A DNA stretch of 64,000 nucleotides from Octopus vulgaris (GCA_951406725.2 OX597836.1:27342001-27406000); one strand, 5' to 3'. Counted from the stretch's first letter, positions 14,180-27,878 are shown. A program made the numbers and translations. The notes: generated from the letters alone by a model not told the origin.

Positions 14180-14560
14180 ATTATTATAAACCTTCCACTG
14201 AGGAGGGAACCGGTTTCCAACAAAGATACAAGGCACCATCTTTGGGATGTAGTTAACACAGACAAATTCACATTTGGAACTTGAGAAAAGTCTTGTATAT
14301 TTTTTACTGATTCATTCATAGGTTGCACTTGTAATGTACGAATTAGCCGGTCTATTTCTCTTTCTGAAAATCCCAGTTTATCCAGATTCTCCTTTAAGCA
14401 TTTACTAACAAAACCCAGTGCTCCAATTATTATTGGTATAAATATGAATTCATTGTCTGGATATAGAAGCAGGTGGTTTCGAATCAGTTGTCCATAGATA
14501 TCCTCTTTTTCGTTGATTTACAGAGATACTTATATCTGCAGGGCAGCTGATCGCTATGAC
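14180..14560 (-). mobile_element. RLE-type non-LTR retrotransposon 3' end (family D3)
   Basis: ISCPAD...INEKEDIYGQLIRN..LLYPDNEFIFIPIIIGALGFVSKCLKENLDKLGFS (frameshifted). Confidence 0.72.
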
Positions 14561-14912
14561 AAACAGTATCCGGCCTGTTATGTTTACATTTGACAGAAGC
14601 TTTGATGGGAATATTCTACCAGTATTCCTTGAGTTGGTGTTTATGAATGTATTCCTTGTGTATGTATGTACGTATGTATGTATGTATGTATGTATGTATG
14701 CATGTATGTATGTATGTATGTATGTATGTATGTATGTATGTATGTATGTATGTATGTATGTATTTTTATCAAAATAAAGACTGAAGATATGTTATCAACG
14801 ATTTATTTCGCTTACACGCGTTTCATATAGTCTAGAATAATGTATATGCTGCACATTGAGGCCCCTGTGCTTAATAGATCCATAAATTGATCGACTAACT
14901 ATCCAATTAGAT

Positions 14913-15301
14913 GTGGAGGCGCAATGGCCCAGTTGTTAGGGCAGCGGACTCGCGGTCATAGGATCGCGGTTTCGATTCCCAGACCGGGCGTTGTGAGTGT
15001 TTATTGAGCGAAAACACCTAAAAGCTCCACGAGGCTCCGGCAGGGGATGGTGGTGATCCCTGTTGTACTCTTTCACCACATCTTTCTCTTACCCTTACTT
15101 CCTGTTTCCGTTGTACCTGTACTTCAAAGGGCCGGCCTTGTCACTCTCTGTGTCACGCTGAATATCCCCGAGAACAGCGTTAAGGGTACACGTGTCTGTG
15201 GAGTGCTCAGCCACTTTCACGTTAATTTCACGAGCAGGCTGTTCCGTTGATTCGAATCAACCGGAACCCTCGTCGTCGTAACCGACGGAGTGCTTCCATC
15301 C
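14913..15301 (+). mobile_element. SINE family C (tRNA-derived) with 12-bp TSD
   Basis: A box TGGCCCAGTTG, B box GGTTTCGATTCCC; TSD atccaattagat at 14901-14912 and 15302-15313. Confidence 0.88.
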
Positions 15302-15621
15302 ATCCAATTAGATATGAAAGCCTCAATGTGCAACGGACGCATTTTCCTAGTCTATTTGAAAAACGTGTAAGCGAAATAAATCGCTGATTATACATCTTCA
15401 TTCTTTATCTTTTTACTGATATACTCTGTGATTAATACACTCAAATTAAATGGTGATCAACTTGGAATTCACAGCATGTACCTGTGAAAAGAAATTAACA
15501 ACAACCTATATAGATTACCGCAATACTGACTGGACAAATATGTTAGCCAGTTTTATTTCTGTAGAGTGCTTAAAGAGGTATTCCTCTGGATTAATTTAAT
15601 CCCTGTTTTCCTTCTTCACAC

Positions 15622-15694
<73 letters not shown>

Positions 15695-16301
15695 TGTATG
15701 TGTGTATATTTTAAAAGATTTAATGTTTTAGCGAAGATATCCTAATTTCGCTAATTCAATAATGTTTCTGAAGAGCTACGGAAGTAGCGAAAGCAGATTT
15801 TCTTTGCTCCCTTGTTTGGATCTTGATGCGGCAAGAATATGGGTGTAGTTTACGTGTTCCGAAACCATTCATGTCAGAAATTTTAGAGCCCTTTTCAAGG
15901 CAGATGGCTTTGCTGTTTCTTTTGATTCCATATCGACCAAGTCAAGTCTACAGTTTTAACTTAAGACGGACACATTAGATATTGTAGTCTTAGATACACC
16001 ATGACACTTGGATTGAAAATGGATCCATTAGATAGTAAAGGAGGGAACAGCTTTGATTGCAGATCTACTTGACCAGGTCGGAATAACAGCACCGTCACTA
16101 CCGCCAGCAGCAGCAACAGCATACAATGAAAAAGGGAGAACTGATATCTTTCAGCCGTTTAGAAATAGCAGTTAAGTCGCACTCAAATCAAGCCTGGCCG
16201 TCTTAAGAATGGAAGGACACCATCGAGTTATATAGTTCTTCAATTATGGATCTGTTCAATCAGGAACGAGCTAGGATTAAACATCATCAACAACAACAAC
16301 A

Positions 16302-16351
<50 letters not shown>

Positions 16352-16373
16352 CACCACCACCACCACCACCACC

Positions 16374-16410
<37 letters not shown>

Positions 16411-16451
16411 TTACTACTACTACTACTACTACTACTTACCGAAAGTTCTTA

Positions 16452-16623
16452 CCATATTTACTCGGACATAAGTCGCATATACTTGATTTTAAATGAAAAA
16501 AAAACAAAACAAACTGGGGTGCACCTTATACTACGCAGGGCAAAGATACAACCATGATGGGGGTGAGTTGTTCCAAGATTTAACTTTAAATTAGCGGTGC
16601 GATTTGTGTACGAGTCAATACGG
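16452..16623. mobile_element. pogo/Tigger-like MITE
   Basis: TA-flanked ccatatttactcggacataagtcgca / tgcgatttgtgtacgagtcaatacgg. Confidence 0.65.
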
Positions 16624-16979
16624 TAAATGCTGGAATTGTTTTAAGAATTTGGTTCATCGTCTGCCTTGTTTATTGATTGCTAACGAAATATCTGACTAGT
16701 ACCGTCTTTAAAATCCATGGGACCTGGTTTTGAACATTTAATTTCTGAAAAAAAAAAAACCCTTGACCGAAACACTTTGGGTCCTCTTGTGAGCTCACAA
16801 TACCTCCAAGACTGCTACTGCTCAGTTTGATAACCATTGCACCACGCAATCAGCCAACGTGCTAGATATAACAGTAAAATTGCTTTCAAATCGCGCCCTA
16901 CCATCTTAACATCACAGGAAGAACACTTAGACTTTAAATTCTTTATTGTCCATCTCTCTTTCTCTTTCTCTCTCTGTCA

Positions 16980-17123
16980 GGCGTGGTTGCATGATAAGAA
17001 ACTTGCTTCCCAACCACATGATTCCACGTGGCACCTTGGGCAAGTGTCTTCTACTGTAGCCTCGGGCCGACCAAAGCCTTGTGAGTGGATCTGGTAGACG
17101 GAAACTGAAAGAATCCCGTCGTA

Positions 17124-17159
<36 letters not shown>

Positions 17160-17809
17160 TGTATGTATGTATGTATGTATGTATGTATGTGCGTGTATTT
17201 GTTCCTCCACCATCGGTTGACAACCGATGTTGGTGTGTTTACGTCCCCCGTAACTTAACGGTTCGGCAAAAGAGACCGATAGAATAAGTACTAGGCTTTC
17301 AAATAATAACTCACGGGGCCGATTTGTTCGACTAAAGGCGGTGCTTCAGCATGGCCTCAGTCAAATAACTGAAACAAGTAAAAGAATATATATTCTCTTT
17401 TACTCTTTTACTTGTTTCAGTCATTTGACTGCGGCCATGCTGGAGCACCGCCTTTAGTCGAGCAAATCGACCCCGGGACTTATTCTTTGTAAGCCCAGTA
17501 CTTATTCTATCGGTGTCTTTTGCCGAACCGCTAAGTGACGGGGACGTAAACACACTGGCATCGGTTGTCAAGCAATGCTAGGGGGACAAACACAGACACA
17601 CAAACATATACACACACACTTATATATATATATATATACATATATACGACGGGCTTCTTTCAGTTTCCGTCTACCAAATCCACTCACAAGACATTGGTCG
17701 GCCCGGGGCTATAGCAGAAGACACTTGCCCAAGATGCCACGCAGTGGGACTGAACCCGGAACCATGTGGTTGGTTAGCAAGCTACTTACCACACAGCCAC
17801 TCCTGCGCC
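16980..17809. mobile_element. Two SINE B copies tail to tail (16980-17386 +, 17393-17809 -)
   Basis: Both match family B and are separated only by a few TA dinucleotides. Confidence 0.85.
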
Positions 17810-18314
17810 TATATATATATATAGTCTAAATTAAATACGGCGTGGTCACAATTGAGACTCATATGATCTTAAATCTCTAAGCTTGATCCGAGTTGACCAG
17901 GGGTTAAACAACAACTACATAAAAAATAACTATATTTGATTTAGGTACGAGACGAGCAATTTTGAATTTCGAAGGAAAGGGATTATCGACCACCATCTTT
18001 GACTGTCCTTTATTTTATTTTATCGACAACTAAGGATGAACAGCAAAGCTGACGTCGACGAGATTTGAACTTAAAATACAAACTAACGGAATAAATACCA
18101 CAATATATTTTTTCTAAGCTCTGACGTGTTTGTCAATCTTTTGTCCTAAGAGCAGCGATAACAGGATCTACCAGCGATAACAGGATCTACCGTTCGCTAC
18201 CATTACGGATATCGGTACAAATCGTCAGCCAGACATCCCACTTTCGCCAGCAACCTTCTAATCAAACTGTGGTAGAAGTATTTCTATATCCATTCCCATT
18301 GGCCTTGCTGTCTT

Positions 18315-18744
18315 GGATCTTTTCGGTTTGAACGGCAGTTTTTAACATAATTTCTAGGTAACTAAAAATTTTTAAACTTCGTATACTGGTAGAATATGTT
18401 TATAAAACATCTTTTTTTCTTGGCTTTATTGAGAAAATTCTATAGTTTGTAAGATATTTGTTGTTTTTTTTTTTTTCTTCAATTTCTGCAATTTCAACCA
18501 ATCAGTGACGTCTATTGAAGTAAAAAGCATTCTGTGCCGTATGAATATGTCCCTCGTTTAAGAAACAGATTGGGTTTATTTACATCTGTGAAGAAAAAAA
18601 GATACCCCCCACCCCTAACCCTAACTAACCCTAACCCTAAAACAGATTGAAATGCAATAGATCGATACTAGGGTCATAATTATGGGTGACAATTTCATAT
18701 GACACCGCTAGAAAAAAAAACTGCTGTTCAAACCGAAAAGATCC
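18315..18744. mobile_element. Non-autonomous DNA transposon: 29-bp TIR starting GG, 8-bp TSD, internal (CCCTAA)n
   Basis: TIR GGATCTTTTCGGTTTGAACRGCAGTTTTT; TSD gctgtctt at 18307-18314 and 18745-18752. Confidence 0.9.
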
Positions 18745-19611
18745 GCTGTCTTACTAATCGTGTGCCCTACCAACGTCCCGTGTAAAGTGACTTTGGAGAT
18801 GACATTGTGGGCTCAGCGCTGCTACAATTTCTGCGACGGCTAATTCTTTTGGTGTAAAAGGAAACGAACTTATTGAAAGAAGAAAGAGAAGCATGTATTA
18901 GAGAAAGGCAGGAAGTAAGTACAAGAATAAGAAATTTCTACCTTTTGACTCGATTCTATATCGACGTCATCTCCTTCTTCTTTGCAGTCTTCTTATGACG
19001 TTGAGCGAAAGAAAGAGGAGAGGGCGAGAGAGAGATAAAATTGTGAAGAAGGTGAAGCTATAGGTTTTGTAACACATGGGCTGTGAGTTCGAGTTTCACT
19101 GAAAATATTTATTTATTTGAAATCATTAAACTATGCACGAAAGTAATGTTTGATCAATATCTGTTCATCGAAAGGCATCGATCTAAGTCGCTTTCATATA
19201 TTCGATCGCCGTTTGATCGATACAAAGGTATCGATCAGCAGAAAGGGTAAAGTACAGGTGATAAAAACACACTTTGTGATATTTAAAATGTTTGTTCCTT
19301 CTCGAGTCACGCCTGGCTCATAAGGGCCGGTTTCCTAGTTTCTTTGGCGTATAGGTTCCCCACGTGGACGGGACGCCGGTCCGTAGCAGGTGAGCTGCAA
19401 GATGCAGGAGGAAAGAGTGAAAGAAAGTTGTGGCGAAAGAATCAGCAGAAGTTCGCCATTACCTTCTGCCGGAGCCGCGTGAAGCTTAGGTGTTTCGCTC
19501 ATAAACACACACTTCGCCCGGTCTGAGATTCGAACCCGCGATCCCTCGACCGCGAATCCGCTGCTCTAACCACCAGGCCATGTGCCTCCACGGTATTAAA
19601 AAAAAAAAAAA

Positions 19612-19845
19612 GGCGGCAAGCTGGCAGAAACGTTAGCACGCCGGGCGAAATGCGTAGCCGTATTTCGTCTGCCGTTACGTTCTGAGTTCAAATTCCGCCG
19701 AGGTCGACTTTGCCTTTCATCCTTTCGGGGTCGATAAATTAAGCACCAGTTACGCACTGGGGTCGATGTAATCGACTTAATAATCCGTTTGTCTGTCCTT
19801 GTTTGTCCCCTCTGTGTGTAGCCCCTTGTGGGTAGTAAAGAAATA
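19612..19845 (+). mobile_element. SINE family A
   Basis: Full-length copy. Confidence 0.85.
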
Positions 19846-20479
19846 GGTATTTAAAATAGGTTCCTCTATATTCTAATTTTGGTTGACTTTTTTTTTTGAT
19901 GTTAATTTAATTGATTTATCGATTCTGCTGAAACAAATGACCTGTTTTTACATTACAAATCCCACAACTCACTCCTCGTGGGCTGCATATCTGTCTTGTA
20001 TTTACGTATTTTGTAACAAACCATTATAAGTTTCTTGAGGAAGGTGGCGGATTGACAGAATTGAACTCACGACTTTATGATTGTGAACCAAATGCAATAA
20101 CCACTAAGCTACGCCCCTTCAGGCATAAAAAAATATGCTTCTTTTAAAAAGACTCAACCATGAAGCATGTACACCATCAATAAACCTACTAGAAATAACG
20201 CCAAATTTCTCTTAAAGTAGAATGTACTATTTAAAAAAAAACATTTTAAGATAGGTGAGAATCAAAATAGACGAGGTAGTCACGGCTGGAATACTTTTCA
20301 ACAAAAATCGATCGAATCAGAGTTAAATAGCAATAACAATGAAAGCAAGAAAACTACTACAGCCAACACTGCCGTTATCACCAGTTCATCACAAACATAA
20401 CAACGGTCCACACTTTAAGATGGTTTTTATTGCGAATATATTTTACACATTGTTTTTATTAAAAAACAAAAGAAGTGTC

Positions 20480-20514
<35 letters not shown>

Positions 20515-20607
20515 GTGTGTGTGTGTGTGTATAAATACATAATTGTACATATGTGTGAATAAATATATATTTGTATTTATATATATATATTTGTATATTT
20601 ATATATG

Positions 20608-20759
<152 letters not shown>

Positions 20760-20807
20760 CATATACACATACATATATACCTACATACATGCATATATTT
20801 ATACGTG

Positions 20808-20885
<78 letters not shown>

Positions 20886-21677
20886 GTGCGTATGCGTGTG
20901 ATATAATTTAAAATGCAATAAATACTAATCTTAGCTTCGCCATGGAAAGTATACAAATTGACTACAATGAAAGTTTTTTTTCTTCTCTGTAATCTGAAAA
21001 AATGGGATTATTCTGATAAGTTTCCAGTCTTGTTACATCTTCATCAGAGAAAGGATATTTGTTTTCTATTCTCGAAGAGATTTGTTGCATATATGTATTT
21101 CTAGTAATGTTTACATTCTAGGACTAATTCATACTGATCAGTGCAATTTGCATGACAGTACATGCGCTGAGAAAGTGGATTAGCGATTGAATTAATTCGC
21201 TTTTAATGAATTATGCAGCATGTTAATTTAAAATGAAATATATGGTAAGACATTTCTTTACTCACCGCGAAATATTTTCATCAAAAATTTTATCTTTTTC
21301 TGAGTAGAAAAACTAGAGTAAATCCAAGTATTTTCAACTCTTATCAACTTTTCATCTGAGAACCAATTATAGTCTCTCCTTTAGAGAGAGATTACTTTGT
21401 GCTGTCCTAGTTTGCATACGCTATAAATAGTTTTAGGCTATTACCATTCCTATGAACAGGAGACGTGAATTCTTTTCCTGGTGAAGTCTAAGAAGAATAG
21501 ACATAAGCCAGACTGCTCCCGCATTCCTCTTCCCGGTAGGATAGGAAGAAATATATAATCTGTTGTGTAATCACTTTGTTCAAAATTATCAGCGAGGCTA
21601 AAATTGCGTGTTTATTAGTAAAGATATATCTTACATTTCAAATTATTCCAAATTGGTGTGAAGTCCATTATGAATGT

Positions 21678-21737
<60 letters not shown>

Positions 21738-21981
21738 ACATGTCCTAATATCGAACAGTGAGAATGAGTTCTCAACACCGCATTGGTGGATAAATATTCG
21801 TTATAAGTGGGTTAACAAGGCTACCATTGGTTTCAAGCCGAGAGAAATCTCTCAGCAGTAATTAAGCTTGCCGCGGAGACAAGTACCAACGTTCCCATGT
21901 GTCAGAATTGATAATTGTAGAGAGATTTCTCTCGGCATGAAACCAATGGTAGTCTTCTTAACTCACAAATAAAGTTTATAT

Positions 21982-22022
<41 letters not shown>

Positions 22023-22411
22023 TGTGTGCGTGCGTGCACAATTATATTTAAATACGTATACATATACGCGAAAGCACAAATATCAGTACATACACATATG
22101 AGGTGTGGTTTTTTTATTATTAGAGAGTCATTGAGTCCACTTACCCTTCCCTCGCGCTCTCTCTCCCTCTCCCTTTCTTTCTCTCTTGTTTCTTTTTTTT
22201 TTCTGTCTCTTGCTTTCATTCTCACTGTTGTCTGTCTTTCTCTCATCTCAACACTCTCTGTCTTTCTTTCTCGCTTACATACATAATCTCTTATAAGATT
22301 TTCATCCACAGGATATTAAAAAAATTGTCCATGCTCTTCCAATCCTTCCGTGATTCGCTGGCTATTTAGCTGTCATCATAGTAACGAATTCTGCAAAGAA
22401 AATAGAAAGAA

Positions 22412-22454
<43 letters not shown>

Positions 22455-23015
22455 GTCATCATCATTAATATTATTGCAATTATTTTTGAGTGAGAGAGCA
22501 GTACATGCCATCAAAGTGACACTGGGGTAAAATATACGTCCAGTATACCCATCATGACTACCCGTCTGATAAGGGTACACCAGGCACATGCATCACAAAA
22601 ATATGTGCGCGACATGGTGATCCCTTATCAAGATAAAGAGCGCATGACCGTGCAGGTGGGACCCAGTTAGAATACTCTTTAGGTCCTGCTCAAAAGGTTC
22701 CCGAATAAGGGTTGTTTAAGGATGTTGAACGAAACACCCATGTTTCCAAAGGTGAATTGTCTAAACCCCAAAGAATTCCTCTCAATATATGGCTATGATA
22801 GTCCCCCACTTCTACTTGTGATCAGAGATGCACATAATGTCAGCCACCAAGAGACATGGTTAAAGTCAAACAACTGACAAGCAAATCTGTGGTATTAAGA
22901 AGAATATTTGTTGTAGCCAATCTTTTATACCAAGACAAAACAATGTACATGATAACACTTCCAATCAGTTAAGATCAGAAGCCATGAGAGCCACTGCCTG
23001 GGACTGCATCGGGGC

Positions 23016-23081
<66 letters not shown>

Positions 23082-23095
23082 CATTATTATCATCA

Positions 23096-23159
<64 letters not shown>

Positions 23160-23437
23160 CATTATTATTATTATTTATTATTATTTGATTGTCATAGGGA
23201 GAATACATCCCTTTTGTGTTTGAGATACGATTTTTTCAAATAAGTTTCTTTGGAGTATTTGTTAGAAAAAAAAATGCCTGCCCTCAATATCCGAGGGTAG
23301 GCAAAAAGGTTTGTTTTACAAACTTTAACATACATAAATATTTTCACTTTCTATACGTGGATTAATCTGCCAAATATACCTATGCCACTCGACTGAACAC
23401 TTCAATAGCAAAAGCAAATACGAAAAAAATACACATA

Positions 23438-23832
23438 AGGAGTGGCTGTGTGGTAAGTAGCTTGTCTACCAACCGCATGGTTCCGGGTTCAGTCCCACTG
23501 CGTGGCCCCTTGGGTAAGTGTCTTCTACTATAGCTTCGGGCCGACCAAAGCCTTGTAAGTGGATTTGGTAGACGGAAACTGAAAGAAGCCCGTCGTATAT
23601 ATATATATATGCGTGTGTGTGTTTGTGTGTCTGTGTTTGTCCCCTAGCATTGCTTGACAACCGATGCTGGTGTGTTTATGTCCCCGTCACTTAGCGGTTC
23701 GGCAAAACAGACCGATAGAATAAGTACTGGGCTTACAAAAGAATAAGCCCCGGTGTGGAGTTGCTCGACTAAAGGCGGTGCTCCAGCATGGCCGCAGTCA
23801 AATGACTGAAACATGTAAAAGAGTAAAAGAGT
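23438..23832 (+). mobile_element. SINE family B flanked by a ~109-bp direct repeat
   Basis: Flanks 23330-23438 and 23833-23943 are near-identical. Confidence 0.85.
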
Positions 23833-24224
23833 ATACATAAATATTTTCACTTTCTATACGTGGATTAATCTGCCAAATATACTTATGCCATTCGACTGAA
23901 CACTTCAATAGCAGAAGCAAATACGAAAAAAAAAAACACATAATCAAAAGACACAACTGAATTAGCAAAATGAAGAAAATGAATGGTTTTAGTGAAGAAT
24001 TGATAAAAATGAAATTATTCCAAAACAGTCAAACAAGTAGTTTTGAAGACAGTGACAATAACAACAACTGCAACACCATTGATAAAACTCTTGCGCAATT
24101 TCAAGCACTATAGTTTATGCATTTAGTAGTCGTGGTGTCGAGCTGCACCTTCCTTCAACTAAAACAACAGAACAAACAGAATCTTTAAACCTGTCATAGC
24201 TACAAGAAAAAAGAAACATCGTTT

Positions 24225-24410
24225 GGATAGCGCTACCATTTCTAGCCTTCCTTCTTTAAGTGGAGTTTTCTCTCAAATAGATGGGACCTAGATATGAACT
24301 ACCGGGCGCAAGTCCCCGATAATATATATCTGACTAGAGTAAGTGCATCCGTACCTTAGTCTCTTAAAAAACAGTGAGAAAATAACCCGTCAGCATCCCA
24401 ATAACAATTT
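24225..24410. repeat. ~185-bp dispersed repeat followed by a compound CTG/CTA/CCA array; second copy at 31455-31635
   Basis: Two highly similar copies; class unknown. Confidence 0.75.
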
Positions 24411-24420
24411 GCTGCTACTG

Positions 24421-24472
<52 letters not shown>

Positions 24473-24491
24473 CACCACCACCACCACCACC

Positions 24492-24574
<83 letters not shown>

Positions 24575-25194
24575 AGCATTTATGTGTATTATGAGTTAAT
24601 CCAAAAAGTGTCCGGAAGATTGATGGGAAATACTCATGAGATTTTTAAGATGTGAAAAGATTGGATTATATAGTGCGTTAGTAAGCGTTCAGATTGTAAC
24701 AGTCTTTTCGCTTCATAATAGGCACGTTGGCACCTACGTGACCATTCCAATCTCCCCCTCCTGGCAGAGAGCGATAGAAATATATACCTGTGTTTCCGAA
24801 AGAAGAGAAGTGGACTAAAATTTTCCTCCCTCACGATAAATCCTGCAACAAGTACTTCAGGTCTCCTGGGAGAAATCTTGAGAGACAAAGAGAAAATGTA
24901 TGACACTATCTGTTGCATTTTCAAAATTGAGGACTTAACCAAAACATGCTGAAACTGTTAGACATATCTGCGACTATAAATTAAGTAAATAAGCCAAAGA
25001 AATACAAGAGTGATGATAATAGCCATTAGAATTTTTATTCAAGTCAAGGCTTGGAATCAAACTCGGAATCTTGGGGGTTAGTAGCTCGCACCCTTAACCA
25101 CTACGCTCTTAACGACGGGCATATGGCGTAGTGGTTAAGAGCGCGGGCTACTAACTCCAAGAATCCGAGTTCGATTCCAGGCAGTGACCTGAAT

Positions 25195-25247
<53 letters not shown>

Positions 25248-25248
<1 letters not shown>

Positions 25249-25522
25249 CTAACTCAGATACCAGGAAACCCCAAAATGGCAGAAATTCAAAAGATAGTGC
25301 TCATGGGAACAGCTCATATCCTACGCAAAATACTTTCTATGCAATCTCAAGTTTTAAAACAAACATAATTTTCGTATGGTTTTTTAGGCATTCACTAGTA
25401 CAAAACCAAATATATGGCACCCTAGGCATAACACCAACATGAACTTTCAACTTGTTGTCTCTTGAGGTCTCTGGGTGAGACTTGGAGCCAGCTTGTGCAA
25501 ATGTAAAGCAAAAGTCAAACAT
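25248..25522 (+). mobile_element. R4/Dong-like 3' end (family D1)
   Basis: LTQIPGNPKMAEIQKIVLMGTAHILRKILSM; (TAA)n on both sides. Confidence 0.8.
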
Positions 25523-25531
25523 ATAATAATG

Positions 25532-25597
<66 letters not shown>

Positions 25598-25662
25598 TCA
25601 ACAACAACAATAACATCGAAAAATACCTTAGGAATGAGAACCCAGGTTCGAAATTTTCCCAA

Positions 25663-25708
25663 GACACCTGATGAAGGCTGGAGGGTATATCAGCCGAAAC
25701 GTTGAGTT
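25663..25708 (+). ncRNA. Minimal hammerhead motif, family H1
   Basis: GACAC CTGATGA A GGCTG GAGGGTATAT CAGCC GAAA CG TT GAGTT; palindromic ACGT stem III. Confidence 0.7.
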
Positions 25709-26332
25709 AACAACAAACAAGATGAGGACAAATATCCGTCAAATGTAAATAATGTAGAATTATATTTGTTAGAGTAAGAATCACCTCAGAGCTGATTGCT
25801 CTGAAAAACCGAAAAGATTACGTAAAATGAATATCAACTGAAATAGCAAACACCATCAGCCAGTCTCTGACTATGGCAAGAGAAGCTTCCTTTATAGTCG
25901 TCAATAATAGAAATAAATGAGCTGCCACCTCGTTCCCTAACAATGGCTACTAGTCGTACTACGCCATCGTCCTACGATGACGAAGAAATAATAGTTGAAG
26001 GTGAAAATTTGAAAACGACCAGATAAATCACGAAATAAAGAAAAGAAAAACATATTCAATCCCCACCACCACCACACACACATCATAAAACCACAAAACG
26101 AGTGTGGGGAGCAATTACCTCAAAGCAACAATAATGCCCATCCCCAGGAAAATAAGAAATAAAATGAAGGTGACGAGGAAGAATTAAAATTCACTGTTCT
26201 TCGGAAATCAAATATGCATTTAATTGACAAAATTACGCCTCTGTGGGGACCACGGGTGAAGTTAAGATGACATAAAATAATTAGGGGTAAAACATAAGCA
26301 ACATGAAAAAGATAATTATTAGTAAAAATGAA

Positions 26333-26593
26333 ACTAAGACTCCAGAATGAACTTAAAATCTTATCTCAAAAATTGAAGAAGATTTTCAACACTAAGTGTC
26401 TAAAAAATGCTTACTGGTGCCTTTGGTTGCAGTCCTAGCAAATTGAAGATCACCTAGCGAGAGGAATCGTTAGATATCTATACTCAGTAAACAAGATTAC
26501 TGAGTTTGGATATATAACGATCCTTCTGGCTAGCTGATCTTCAATTTGTTAGGACCGCAACCAAAGGCACCAGCATGCATTTTTGAGACACTT
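26333..26593. repeat. ~200-bp hairpin element, second copy at 28826-29041
   Basis: Arms ~26395-26490 / 26497-26593; the two copies also share the non-palindromic 5' flank. Confidence 0.75.
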
Positions 26594-27479
26594 TTAATTA
26601 TAGAAGCAGTGAGAATACATGCTTCTGCAGGCTGATCTTTTCTGTTCACGTCTTGAACCTATTTCCCCGTCGTTCCTTCCTAAGGCTCATTTTGACAATT
26701 TGTACGACCTCACTTTTTCTTTAAACCCCCAATCTGCTTTTCTCTCTTTTCAGGTCCTAGTATATATCCACCTTGATGGTTTCTCTTTCTTTTATTCGTG
26801 CATCAAATGGACAGGCCACATCAGTTATGTAACACAGAAGGTGGTGAGCCGGTAGAATGGTTAGCGCGCCGGACAAAATGCTAAGCAGCATTTACGTTCT
26901 GGGTATAAAATTGATTCCGCAGAGGGCCACTTTGCCTTTCATCATTTCGGGATCGATAAAATAAGTACCAGTTGAGCACTGGGGTCAATGCCGAGTCAAC
27001 TTTATCTTTTATCCTTTCGGGGTCGATAAAATAAGTACCAGTTGAGCACTGTAATCGACTTGGCCCCTTCCCTCAAAAAATTTCTGGCCATGTCCCCATA
27101 GCAGAAAGGATTAATATTTAGATTTGCCAGTGAAAGATGTGATTTTGGTTGATTGTGTGATTTTTAAAATAATCATCGGATTATTTATGCGAAGCCGAAT
27201 AGATTTTGGTCTGCCTGGAATATATTCAAAGGTAGGCTGTCTGTTACAGGTAATTTTCAATGTTTGAAAAAAGAAAAAATTCTTCAGCTTCCCAAGCAAA
27301 TGATTGCTTTCTTTTCGTTGTCAAGCATTTCCGACATGGCGACTGAGGCAGGACATGTCCATAAAATTTGAACACAAAGGGAGAAGCAAATGAAATTTAA
27401 TGAAGATAACTCAGTTTGGACTTTGAAACACAAAGACAAATGCGATTTTCACATGCAAATACTTGTCACCTCCGAAGCA

Positions 27480-27593
27480 TCCATCTATCTTCCAATCCAT
27501 CCATCCATCCATCCGCCCGTCCATCTATCCGATCCATCCATCCATCCATCCATCCATCCATCCGTCCGTCCGTCCGTCCATCCATCCATCCAT

Positions 27594-27629
<36 letters not shown>

Positions 27630-27878
27630 CCATCCATCCGTCCGTTCATCGATCTATCAATCCGTCCATCCATCCATCCATCCATCCATCCATCCATCCA
27701 TCCGTCCGTCCGTCCGTCCGTCCGTCCGTCCGTCCGTCCATCCATCCGTCCATCCATCTACCTATCAAACCACTAATCCGTCCGTCCGTCCGTCCATCCA
27801 TCTGCCTACCAAACCACTAATCCGTCCATTCAGTCATCCGTCCGTCCGTCCGTCCGTCCATCCATCCATCCATCCATG
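27480..27878. repeat. (CCAT/CCGT)n tetranucleotide array
   Basis: Direct inspection. Confidence 0.95.

Larger units (their letters stand above)
25117..25757 (+). mobile_element. tRNA-head/(TAA)n/hammerhead composite element interrupted by a Dong-like fragment
   Basis: tRNA-like head 25117-25193 (A box TGGCGTAGTGG, B box GAGTTCGATTCC) with an inverted partial copy at 25038-25106; H1 tail at 25612-25757. Confidence 0.6.

Noticed and set aside
19145-19240. Cluster of ATCGAT/GATC motifs as a DRE-type promoter
   Set aside because: No perfect TATCGATA and no adjacent transcript evidence.
21266-21299. 34-nt minus-strand micro-exon (cag|...|gtgagt)
   Set aside because: Stop in the compatible phase and no other support; it could only be a UTR exon.
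25117-25193. Functional tRNA gene
   Set aside because: Acceptor and anticodon stems pair poorly and there is no oligo-T terminator; it behaves as a SINE head.
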